Of a stretch of 64,000 nucleotides of DNA, positions 27,122 through 35,472 are shown one piece after another. The notes under the pieces were generated by a model. The model saw only the letters and a program-made list of their open reading frames with translations. It was not told where the DNA came from and searched no databases. The first letter of the stretch is position 1. Every line of letters begins with the position of its first letter. Source of the stretch: a virus; IMG/VR virus record IMGVR_UViG_3300037420_001136, positions 1 through 64,000 of that record; one strand, 5' to 3'. Both the position numbers and the translations under genes were made by a program.

Positions 27122-27151
27122 CTTGTCCAGCGAACAAACAAGCTTTATACA
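27122..27151 (+). promoter_or_regulatory. Phage promoter motif copy 3 (before DNA polymerase)
   Basis: CTTG-tccagc-GAAC-aaacaagctt-TATACA. Confidence 0.6.
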
Positions 27152-27212
27152 AGAGCTTCTGGACAGCCCTCCGAGACCGAAGGGTAGTCGCAGTAAGCGA
27201 AAGCCGACGTCA

Positions 27213-29192
27213 ATGCTGGATATGTTCAGTGACCTGCCCGAGTTGCATGGGCCGATCACACTAGACAACGAAACTCACGACCCTCTTCTAAAAGTCCGCG
27301 GCTCCGGCTGGTCATACTCTCGCGAGGGCCAGAACGGTGGCAAGATAATCGGCATCGCGGTGCACGCCGACAACTTTCACGAGTACCTTCCGATTGGTCA
27401 CACGGAGGGGAACCTAGATCCAGTGAAGATTAAGTCCTGGCTCAGTCAGCAGCTGACGAAGGACGATTCCCAGCCGAAGATCTTCTTCCACGCTCAGTAC
27501 GACGTCGGCTGGTTTCAGGCCGAGGGCATCAAGATCAGAGGGCGAATAGAGGACGTAAGCTTCCAGGCACCACTGGTGGACGAGCATCGTCCGAACTATC
27601 AGCTAGATCGTCTGGCTAAAGACCTCATCGGCCGAGGAAAGGACGAGCGGGCGCTGGCCGAGGCTGCGAAGAAGCTCGGCGTGAAGAACACGAAGGCTGA
27701 CAACATCAAGATGCATCTCATGCGGGTGCATCCAGACGTAGTCGGCATCTATGGTCGCGAGGACGTGGCGATCACTAGAGAGCTCTGGGATTTCTACAAT
27801 CCCATCATGGAAGAGCAGAACCTCTGGGACGTTTATCATCTCGAGTGTGATCTGATTCCAATGCTCGTGGACATGCGGATGCGCGGTGTTCGCGTAGACG
27901 TCGCGGGCATAGAAGTGCAGCAGCGTATTCTCGTAGCTGCGGAGGACGAGGCTCGAAAGTTCATCAGAGATAAGACCGGCATCACAGTCGGTAGCTGGGA
28001 CAATGCTAATGAACTCTCTCGCATCTTCGACAAGCTCGGCATCAAGTACGGTCTTACCGAGAAAACCGAGCAGCCGAGTATCACTGCTGACTGGCTGCGC
28101 TCGCTACAGCACCCCGTCTCAGACGCTATTCTTCGTGGTCGTAAGACGAACAACATCAGATCCACCTTCCTAGAAAACAATCTCTTGAACTTGCAGGAAG
28201 GTGGACGCATCTTCCCGAACTTCAATCCTCTGAAGAAGGACGACGAGTCTGGCGGCGTTCTGGGCAAGGAGCTGAAGGCTGGCGTCAAGGGCGCGCTGTC
28301 GGGCCGGTTCAGTTCCTCGCAGCCGAACTTCCAGAACTTTCCCTCTCCCGAGAAAGATCCTGAGCTCGGACTGATGGTTCGCAGCATGATCTTACCCGAG
28401 GAGGGTGAGTTCTGTCACGTCATGGACTACTCCTCGCAGGAGCCTCGCCTGACGGTTCACTTCGCCGAGGTCACCGGCTGTCACAAGGCGTTCGAGATGG
28501 CCGAGCGCTTTAGGCAGAATCCTTACACCGACTTACACGACGAGACGCGCAAGAACGTGGCCTCGCTTCTTCAGGAGTGGTCTGATCCCAAGTATCGCAA
28601 GAAGGCGAAGATAATTAATCTCGGCGTGGCCTACGGGATGGGTGGCGGAAAGCTGGCACTCTCCCTAGGTCTTCCGTACACCGAGGCCTCCTTCATGAAG
28701 GGAGATCAGGAGTTTCAATATCTCAAGGCAGGCCCCGAGGCTCAGGAGCTGATGGCTGTCTTCGACGAGGCTGCGCCGTTCATCAAGCAGCTCGCGCGAA
28801 AGGCCCAGAACGCAGTCAAGCAGAAGGGTTACATCAGGACGCCCATCGGACGACGATTCCGCTTCCCGAAGGAAGACGACGGTCGCACGTACAAATTCCT
28901 GAACAAAGCTCTCAACCGACTTATTCAGGGCAGCGCCGCGGATATGACGAAGCTCGCGCTGCGGGACATGTATCGGGAGGGTATTCTTCCGATGGGAACC
29001 GTGCACGATGAAATTGACATCAGCTCCGCCTCTGTGAAGGAAGTTCATCGCGTGCAGGAAATCATGGAGACCGCGATGGAGCTGACGATTCCCATCAAGA
29101 TCGACGTCGCGTCTGGCCGGAATTGGGGTGAGGCGTCCCAGGAGAAGGCCGGTGCAGAGAACTATAAGAAGTTTCTAGAAGGAGCACTATAA
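27213..29192 (+). CDS. polA: DNA polymerase family A with 3'-5' exonuclease domain
   Basis: Exo motifs LDNET, HAQYD, YGRED; Pol motifs GRFSSSQPNFQN, DYSSQEPR, KIINLGVAYGMG, NRLIQGSAAD, VHDEI. Start uncertain (TTG 27123 or ATG 27213). Confidence 0.93.
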   Translation: MLDMFSDLPELHGPITLDNETHDPLLKVRGSGWSYSREGQNGGKIIGIAVHADNFHEYLPIGHTEGNLDPVKIKSWLSQQLTKDDSQPKIFFHAQYDVGWFQAEGIKIRGRIEDVSFQAPLVDEHRPNYQLDRLAKDLIGRGKDERALAEAAKKLGVKNTKADNIKMHLMRVHPDVVGIYGREDVAITRELWDFYNPIMEEQNLWDVYHLECDLIPMLVDMRMRGVRVDVAGIEVQQRILVAAEDEARKFIRDKTGITVGSWDNANELSRIFDKLGIKYGLTEKTEQPSITADWLRSLQHPVSDAILRGRKTNNIRSTFLENNLLNLQEGGRIFPNFNPLKKDDESGGVLGKELKAGVKGALSGRFSSSQPNFQNFPSPEKDPELGLMVRSMILPEEGEFCHVMDYSSQEPRLTVHFAEVTGCHKAFEMAERFRQNPYTDLHDETRKNVASLLQEWSDPKYRKKAKIINLGVAYGMGGGKLALSLGLPYTEASFMKGDQEFQYLKAGPEAQELMAVFDEAAPFIKQLARKAQNAVKQKGYIRTPIGRRFRFPKEDDGRTYKFLNKALNRLIQGSAADMTKLALRDMYREGILPMGTVHDEIDISSASVKEVHRVQEIMETAMELTIPIKIDVASGRNWGEASQEKAGAENYKKFLEGAL

Positions 29193-29683
29193 TGGCTGAG
29201 TCTGGTATCGTTCCCGGAGAGGGAATTCTCTCGGAAGAGTATCGCTACGAGGATCTGTCAGTCTTTCCCGTCAACATCACTCCGTTGCGCGAGGGTGTGA
29301 TAATTCCGAAGAAGGGGTCTATTCAGGCGGCGGGCTACGACTTAGTCGCCGTTGAAGATGTGACGATTCATGTTGGCGAGATCACGAAGATCCCACTCGG
29401 CTTTGCGACCGCTCTGCATCCCGACATTCACTGCCGAATCGAGTCCCGCTCCGGCATGGCTCTCAAGGGTGCCGTCGTCGTCACTGGAGTGATAGACGCA
29501 GACTATCGCGGCGAGTGGAATGTAATCATGATCAATCTCGGCAAGAGTGTGTTGAATATTGCCAAGGGAGACCGCGTGGCCCAAGCTGTGTTTAGGCCCA
29601 CGGTGCGGGCGCATTTTGAGCCTACGGTAGAGCTCTCAGAAACTCGCAGGGGCGTCGGTGGCTTTGGTAGCACAGGCAGGTGA
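29192..29683 (+). CDS. dut: Trimeric dUTPase
   Basis: All five motifs present: AAGYDL, RSG, GVIDADYRGE, RVAQ, RGVGGFGSTG. Confidence 0.95.
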   Translation: MAESGIVPGEGILSEEYRYEDLSVFPVNITPLREGVIIPKKGSIQAAGYDLVAVEDVTIHVGEITKIPLGFATALHPDIHCRIESRSGMALKGAVVVTGVIDADYRGEWNVIMINLGKSVLNIAKGDRVAQAVFRPTVRAHFEPTVELSETRRGVGGFGSTGR

Positions 29684-29729
29684 GGTTTGCGCCGCCTGTT
29701 AGCTTAGGAGCGCTTAGAAAGGGCTTGAT

Positions 29730-30590
29730 GTGCAGCGACCTGCTCTCGTAGTAGACGGACTCTCCGTCTTCCACTCCACCGCTGGACCAGCGGCGAGATT
29801 GACGAATGGCTATACGTACTCGTTCGTCGTCTCTCTGACCTCAGCAGTCAAGAAATTCGGCCCCAAGGGAATCTTTGTCTGCTGGGATCGCAAGTCGAAG
29901 AAGCGACTAGAGCTTCATCCTGGATACAAGGCCGACCGCCCCTCCTCTATGAACGAGGACAAGGCGAAGATGATGGAGGACGTGAAGCGTTTCCTTCGCG
30001 TCATCGGTGCTGATCAGGTGTGGGCCGAGGACCACGAGGCTGACGACGTCGGAGCCATGCTGGCGAACACACTCGGCGTAGCGATTCTGGTCAGTAATGA
30101 CAAGGACTGGCTGCAACTCGTACGTGATGGAGTCTCCGTCTACACGCGATGCCAGATCGCAGGACGCAAGGCCGAGAAGAAGCTCGTCACGACGCACAAC
30201 TTCGCGGAACTCACTGGATGGAATAGTCCTGAGCACCTAGTTCAAGGTCTCTGCGCGATGGGCGACGGAGTTGACAGAATCAACGGTCTCGAGGGCGTCG
30301 GCGAGATCACCGTGAAGAAGTACCTTCTTGGTATGTCAGTCGGACCTGTTCTTCAGGAACGACTCGAGACTTTCTTCGCCGGAGACCCTCTGTACGTCAG
30401 AAACCGTAAGCTGATTGAACTTCGGGACGTTAAGGAGATTCCTAACCTACAGGCGGACTGCGGTCGGTTTGACGAGCGATCAGTAAAGAGCTTGCTCGAG
30501 GAACTAGGCTTTGCTAGTATGCTTAAGAATTTCCCCGAGTGGGTGCGACCCTATAAGGAGGCTTATGCAGACATTTCTACCCTTTCGTAG
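29730..30590 (+). CDS. 5'-3' exonuclease / flap endonuclease
   Basis: VDG, WD, YKADR, EADD, SNDKD, GDGVD.I.G..GVGE.T motifs. Confidence 0.9.
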   Translation: MQRPALVVDGLSVFHSTAGPAARLTNGYTYSFVVSLTSAVKKFGPKGIFVCWDRKSKKRLELHPGYKADRPSSMNEDKAKMMEDVKRFLRVIGADQVWAEDHEADDVGAMLANTLGVAILVSNDKDWLQLVRDGVSVYTRCQIAGRKAEKKLVTTHNFAELTGWNSPEHLVQGLCAMGDGVDRINGLEGVGEITVKKYLLGMSVGPVLQERLETFFAGDPLYVRNRKLIELRDVKEIPNLQADCGRFDERSVKSLLEELGFASMLKNFPEWVRPYKEAYADISTLS

Positions 30591-31011
30591 CTTCACGGCC
30601 TCGGCGCAAGTCTTAGACTATCGTCGGCTCGGCAAGCAGCGCGTTGAGTGTAGGCAGCTCCTCAGCGCGCTTCACTACGAGATTCAGGACGGGGTTCTCG
30701 TAGCGACCCCCGACAGTAAGGCCGGTTGGCAGAATCATCCCGCTGCGAAGATGTGGCGTGGCTACGAGATGGCTCTCGCCGAGTACCAGCTCGTCATGAT
30801 CCAGGAATGGATTCAGCGGGGCTACAAGAATACGATACAGGCAATCAATCCATCACAAGTCGGCGACCACTACCCCGATCCACCTTGGCTCGGTGACGAG
30901 GCTTTTCACGCTAGCCATCGCAGCAATCTTCTCCGCAAAGACCCTAAGCACTACGGACAGTTCGGCTGGACGGAGTCTCCCGATCTCGAGTACGTGTGGC
31001 CGGTACCGTGA
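30565..31011 (+). CDS. Pyrimidine-dimer DNA glycosylase-like protein (MSMEG_6728 family)
   Basis: MQTFLP, LDYRRLGKQRVE..Q, GW.NHPA.KMWRGY, PPWLG....H.SH.SNL.RKDP, YVWP; AAGGAGG RBS before ATG 30565. Confidence 0.85.
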   Translation: MQTFLPFRSFTASAQVLDYRRLGKQRVECRQLLSALHYEIQDGVLVATPDSKAGWQNHPAAKMWRGYEMALAEYQLVMIQEWIQRGYKNTIQAINPSQVGDHYPDPPWLGDEAFHASHRSNLLRKDPKHYGQFGWTESPDLEYVWPVP

Positions 31012-32456
31012 ACGCTGTCGCAGAAGTATCCGCTCCCTCGGCTGTGCGCGAGCTAACGTACGAAGATCTCAATGATCAGCAGAAGGCTGCGGTCGACGAC
31101 ATCGTTCGTGCGGTGCAGGCCGGACGCTGCGCCGAGGTTCCCTACATTCTTCAGGGCTACGCCGGAACTGGGAAGACTACTCTTCTTCGCATTCTTATGC
31201 AGCGCCTTAGAATCCCGCTGTCTCGCATAGCTCTCTGCGCTCCGACAAATCGCGCCGCGAAGGTTCTCGCCAACAAGACTGGTCTCTTCACCCAGACCAT
31301 TCACAAACTGATCTACATCACGGTGTCGGAAGAGATTAACTTCCAGCGCGAGCGTCTGCGAATGTGGGAGGAGGCCAAGAGCTTCAACCAACTCAGCGAG
31401 GCTCTCATTGTTCAGTCTGGGCAAGATCTTCGTCAGGAGTACGACGAGCTCCTTGAGCGTGACGGTCTGGCCTTCGACGAGCAGGAGTTCAAGACCTTCT
31501 GCTCCGAGCGCGAGGAAACCATCCTGAAGTTCGAGGGCTTGGAGCTGCCTGCCGATCCTCTCGCCAGACAAGACGTCTTCGACAAGATCAAGGCTGAGCG
31601 CATGACTCAGCACAAGCAGAATATTCGTGATCTGATGGCCGAGGATCTGCCGGTTCGCAAGAAGGAGCCGATGGAGCTCATCGAGAAGTACTCGCTCATC
31701 ATGGTGGACGAGTCCTCTATGGTCAACGAGGCCATCGGCAAGGACATTATGTCGTTCGGCATACCCGTCATCATGGTCGGTGATCCCTTCCAGCTTCCGC
31801 CTGTGAAGGCCAAGCCGTTCTGGCACAATCTCAAGCCGCAGACCGTCTTGACTCGCATCGAGCGGCAGAAGGGCGTCGGCGCGGGAATTCCTCTGGCTGG
31901 CGAGAAGCTTCGCAAGGGAGGCCAGATTGCTCGAAACGAATCCCTCTCAATCCATCCTCGCAATACGCTCGCCGACTCTGCTTGGGTGGAGACTGACCAA
32001 ATTATCTGCGGAACGCACAAGACGAGAGAACGTCTATGTCGTTTCGTGCGAAATAAGCTGGGTCACAGCACAGCCCATCCGCAAGCTGGCGAAAAGATCG
32101 TAGCGGTCTTCAACGACAAGAAGCGCGGTATTATGAACGGTGAGCTCTACACCGTTCGTCGCAGCGAACTGACCCGTTCTGGCACAGTCACTCGAATGGA
32201 CATTGAGGATCCCTATGGTCGTGTCATCAATAACGTGGACGCCTGGACTCGTGGCTTCAGTGGACGTTCGCAGACTGATTTCCTCGATGATCAGTTCGGT
32301 AAGTTCTGGTGGGGCTACGCGATTACCTGCCATCAGTCCCAAGGCTCCGAGTGGAAGCAGATTATCGTCTGCGACGACTGGCCGGGAGACGGTCACGACC
32401 GTTGGCTATACACAGCCATCACGCGAGCCTCTCACCACTGCGACTTAGTGAGGTAG
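30996..32456 (+). CDS. SF1B (Dda/RecD-like) DNA helicase
   Basis: GYAGTGKT, APTNRAA, TIHKLIY, VDESSMV, GDPFQLPPV, YAITCHQSQGSEW, YTAITRA. Confidence 0.92.
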   Translation: MAGTVNAVAEVSAPSAVRELTYEDLNDQQKAAVDDIVRAVQAGRCAEVPYILQGYAGTGKTTLLRILMQRLRIPLSRIALCAPTNRAAKVLANKTGLFTQTIHKLIYITVSEEINFQRERLRMWEEAKSFNQLSEALIVQSGQDLRQEYDELLERDGLAFDEQEFKTFCSEREETILKFEGLELPADPLARQDVFDKIKAERMTQHKQNIRDLMAEDLPVRKKEPMELIEKYSLIMVDESSMVNEAIGKDIMSFGIPVIMVGDPFQLPPVKAKPFWHNLKPQTVLTRIERQKGVGAGIPLAGEKLRKGGQIARNESLSIHPRNTLADSAWVETDQIICGTHKTRERLCRFVRNKLGHSTAHPQAGEKIVAVFNDKKRGIMNGELYTVRRSELTRSGTVTRMDIEDPYGRVINNVDAWTRGFSGRSQTDFLDDQFGKFWWGYAITCHQSQGSEWKQIIVCDDWPGDGHDRWLYTAITRASHHCDLVR

Positions 32457-32457
32457 T

Positions 32458-32616
32458 ATGGACTATCGTGAACTTCTCGTAAAGTACATGGCTCACATAG
32501 GCGAACAGGAAGGAATCTACTTCCTCGGATATCTCGGCAAAGGATTCTCCGAGGAAGAGAAAGCCGAGTTGCAAAAGCTCTCTAAGGAGGCAGACGAATG
32601 GCCGCAGACGTACTGA
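32458..32616 (+). CDS. Hypothetical protein (52 aa, below the ORF-track cutoff)
   Basis: MDYRELLVKYMAHIGEQEG... behind GAGG; fills the gap after the helicase. Confidence 0.5.
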   Translation: MDYRELLVKYMAHIGEQEGIYFLGYLGKGFSEEEKAELQKLSKEADEWPQTY

Positions 32617-32855
32617 CCTTCACTGGTGAGACTAAGCTTCCCGTGCCGGTGGACAGAGTTCTGCGACAGGCGCTTGAGGAACACGAACAGAATCCCTTTG
32701 GTAGAGTAATCGTGATCGCCATCTACGAGGATGGTATGAATGAATATTATGCTGCGAGCGAGTCTGACGCTAGTACGCACGTCTGGGATATGCAACGATT
32801 CACACGTTATCTTCACGCGAGGGCAGATGAGCGACTTATTCCCAGTAGCGACTGA
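32598..32855 (+). CDS. Hypothetical protein
   Basis: AAGGAGG RBS; 85 aa. Confidence 0.6.
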   Translation: MAADVLTFTGETKLPVPVDRVLRQALEEHEQNPFGRVIVIAIYEDGMNEYYAASESDASTHVWDMQRFTRYLHARADERLIPSSD

Positions 32856-33375
32856 GTATTCTCCGTACGCGGGCATCGGTAGTCGAGAGACTCCCGAGAG
32901 TATTCAGGGGCTGATGCGCGGCATCGCTCTGTACCTGTACGAGAGGGGCTACACTCTTCGGAGCGGCGGAGCTGAGGGAGCGGATACCGCTTTCGAGCTG
33001 GGAACTCCCGTGATGTCCCTAATGGAGATCTTTCTGCCGTGGGACGGCTTCAACGGAAAGCGAATGACGATTCCCGAGAAGAACCTAGCTCTTGGCGAGG
33101 CTCGCAGTCTGGCCGAGAAATATCACCCGAATTGGGCCGCGTGTTCCGAGGGTGCGAAGAAGATGCACATTCGCAACACCTTCCAAGTCCTCGGTGCTGA
33201 TTGTCACTCGACGGTGAAGTTTGTAGTCTGCTGGACGAAGGATGGGAAGTCCTCCGGCGGAACAGGTCAGGCGCTGCGCATCGCTGAGGATAGGAAGATT
33301 CCCATCTACAATCTTCACGATCAGTCGACGCGAGGCATGTTCTACGAACTGCTGGGCTGGGAGCACAATGTTTAG
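32827..33375 (+). CDS. SLOG-fold DprA/Smf-like protein
   Basis: YAGIGSRETP, LRSGGAEGADTAFE, RN..QVLG, GGTGQALRIA, IPIYNL. Confidence 0.8.
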   Translation: MSDLFPVATEYSPYAGIGSRETPESIQGLMRGIALYLYERGYTLRSGGAEGADTAFELGTPVMSLMEIFLPWDGFNGKRMTIPEKNLALGEARSLAEKYHPNWAACSEGAKKMHIRNTFQVLGADCHSTVKFVVCWTKDGKSSGGTGQALRIAEDRKIPIYNLHDQSTRGMFYELLGWEHNV

Positions 33376-33649
33376 AGATCAAGTGGCTTTCGTATGCGGA
33401 ACGGCAGCTTCTGCGAGAGATATGCAGAAGCGACTTTACGAAACTTCTGACGACTACCGCGAAGGATCTCTATACATAGGATTCGTTCTGCAACGCTGGG
33501 AGGGTTTCAGATTTAAGATGATCGTGATCTCTTCCGAAGCTCGTCAGTTCATGGAATTCAAGATGCGAACTGATGATAAGAGGGAAGTTATCGAGGCTCT
33601 GACTCGACGACTGGATCGAGGAGGCCAGATCATCTGGCAAGAGCTATGA
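33368..33649 (+). CDS. Hypothetical protein
   Basis: ATG 33368 behind GGAG; overlap-coupled to neighbours. Confidence 0.5.
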   Translation: MFRDQVAFVCGTAASARDMQKRLYETSDDYREGSLYIGFVLQRWEGFRFKMIVISSEARQFMEFKMRTDDKREVIEALTRRLDRGGQIIWQEL

Positions 33650-33843
33650 GGCGCTTCCGTCTCATAGCTCCTGGGAACCAGCTAGCCGGTTCCTTCGAGA
33701 TAGACGGACCTCTAGAACACGCGACTCCTTCGTGGCGTGAGCTCGCCGAGGCGGCTGACACTGACAAGACGTTCACCTTCGAGATTAACGACCAGCGCTG
33801 GACTGGCGTTGCTGTGAGAGAAGTCCCTGGATGCGGTTCCTGA
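33646..33843 (+). CDS. Hypothetical protein
   Basis: ATGA-coupled 65 aa ORF; last gene before the non-coding gap. Confidence 0.5.
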   Translation: MRRFRLIAPGNQLAGSFEIDGPLEHATPSWRELAEAADTDKTFTFEINDQRWTGVAVREVPGCGS

Positions 33844-33853
33844 GCATTTTGTG

Positions 33854-33883
33854 CTTGCCGCGCGAGCAGCGCCGTGGCACCTA
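33854..33883 (+). promoter_or_regulatory. Phage promoter motif copy 4 (upstream of the non-coding region)
   Basis: CTTG-ccgcgc-GAGC-agcgccgtgg-CACCTA (weak -10). Confidence 0.5.
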
Positions 33884-34345
33884 GGCCCTAGGCGGCGCTG
33901 GCAGAGCGCATCACAAGCCTCCCGATGTTTTCCTCGCGGACTTCTGACGGGAACTCGAATACTCTGCAAGAGAGCAAGGCATTGAAGTTTGAAGCGTGGA
34001 CCTCGGTCACTCTCCTGTAACAGGGATTGAGCGTTTCTTACGGAGCCGCGATGGACAATGGCGAGGGTTTGGGAGCGCACTAGCTGCGCTCTGCAGAATA
34101 GTCCTCCGGAAGCTTCGGCTGAAGGAAATGCATCCTCCGCTCTCGAACCGGCCCTGGAGGGAAACTTCCGCGAAGCCTCGGCGACGCAGTAGGAAGCGGT
34201 ACCTCTAGGGCCTTCTCTCTTCTTCTCTCGTCGTGTGTCTAGCCCCGCACATGACCACGATGGGAGGCCCGGGAGCTTTCCTCGTCCCGCGAGGAACTTG
34301 AGTGCAGGGATTCACTCTTGGCGCACAGTGTCGTAGCTCCCGCTT
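33884..34345 (+). ncRNA. Candidate ~460-nt structured non-coding RNA (family unknown)
   Basis: Largest gap in a densely coded genome; bounded by two promoter-motif copies; many 7-11 bp helices, including 33901-33910/34085-34094, 33930-33939/34287-34296, 34150-34160/34202-34212 and 34270-34277/34335-34342. Confidence 0.5.
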
Positions 34346-34361
34346 CCTCTCTAAAATAAAA

Positions 34362-34391
34362 CTTGTCCAGCGAGCTGTGCTGAGCTAGAGC
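34362..34391 (+). promoter_or_regulatory. Phage promoter motif copy 5
   Basis: CTTG-tccagc-GAGC-tgtgctgagc-TAGAGC with an upstream A-tract (UP-like). Confidence 0.65.
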
Positions 34392-34430
34392 TCACTAGTC
34401 TAGACTGATCAGACTAGGAAGAGAGTACTC

Positions 34431-34988
34431 ATGCTCGCGTGTCTGTTTGACACCGAAACCACCGGCATCTACGACTATCGCGCTCCGGCTGGGGCCGATC
34501 ATCAGCCGGACGTAGTCCAGCTCTGTGCTATGCTCTGCGATAAGGAGAGAATCTACAGCGCAGTCAATTTGTTCATTCACGCCGACACCGAGATTCCCGA
34601 CGCCGCGTACGAAGTTCATCGCATCGATCGCGCTCTGACCGCGCGAGTTGGAGTAAGCCGTCTCCGCGCCTGTCAGCTCCTGGACAGCATGGCCGCGAAG
34701 GCGGACGAGCTGGTTGGTCACAACATCGACTTTGACGTCAATATGATGATGACCGCCATGATGCGCGAGGGCGGAAAGGGAGCTAATCTCAAGAAGCCTC
34801 GGTTCTGCACCATGAAGTCGGCGGTGGAGCACTGCAAGCTTCCCAATCCGAAGCGTCCTGGAACCTACAAGTGGCCCTCTCTTCAGGAGGCTTACCAGAT
34901 CTTGGTAGACTCCAAGGGCTTCTCCGGCGCTCACGACGCTATGGCCGATGCGAGAGCAACGTATGAGCTCTACCGCATTCTCCGTTAA
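34431..34988 (+). CDS. DEDDh 3'-5' exonuclease (DnaQ-like)
   Basis: FDTETTG, GHNIDFD, CTM, P.L.E, AHDAMADA motifs. Confidence 0.9.
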   Translation: MLACLFDTETTGIYDYRAPAGADHQPDVVQLCAMLCDKERIYSAVNLFIHADTEIPDAAYEVHRIDRALTARVGVSRLRACQLLDSMAAKADELVGHNIDFDVNMMMTAMMREGGKGANLKKPRFCTMKSAVEHCKLPNPKRPGTYKWPSLQEAYQILVDSKGFSGAHDAMADARATYELYRILR

Positions 34989-35472
34989 CGAACTTACCGA
35001 GGAGCTTGCTCTTCAGGTCGCCGAGGCCTTCGTTCTGTGTGACCGAGATCCTACGCGCATGGCGCGAAAGCTCGGCGTAGATCGCTTCGATCTCAATATC
35101 GTCATGCATCCGATGGTGAGGAGCTACATCGTCAAGATGGAGCGGATGACTGTCGTCAGCTGCACGCTGGAAGATCACATGAAGCAGCTCGCGAAGATTC
35201 GTGACGCGGCAATGGATGACGAGAACTACAAGGTTGCTCTGGCAGCCGAGACGCAGCGAGGAAAGGCGGCGGGACACTACGACCCCAAGAAGCTGGATGA
35301 TCCTGCTGACGACGGTAAGCCGATTGACGCCACCAAACTCTCCAGCGAGGAGCTGAGGCGTCGTCTCGCTAAATTCATCGGGGCAAGCATCACCGATCCG
35401 AATGCTCTTCCTCCTCCCGAGCCTGGATCTCTCGAGGGTCAGGCGGCGTTGGACGACGACGATCAGATATGA
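34963..35472 (+). CDS. Terminase small subunit (putative)
   Basis: TLEDHMKQL..IRD.A......AL.AE..RGKAAG.Y motif; ATGA-coupled to TerL. Confidence 0.65.
   Translation: MSSTAFSVNELTEELALQVAEAFVLCDRDPTRMARKLGVDRFDLNIVMHPMVRSYIVKMERMTVVSCTLEDHMKQLAKIRDAAMDDENYKVALAAETQRGKAAGHYDPKKLDDPADDGKPIDATKLSSEELRRRLAKFIGASITDPNALPPPEPGSLEGQAALDDDDQI

Noticed and set aside
33884-34345. tmRNA, RNase P RNA, tRNA cluster or group I intron
   Set aside because: I could not find a T-arm/CCA end, the RNase P GAGGAAAGUCC core, or an interrupted host gene; left as an unassigned structured region.
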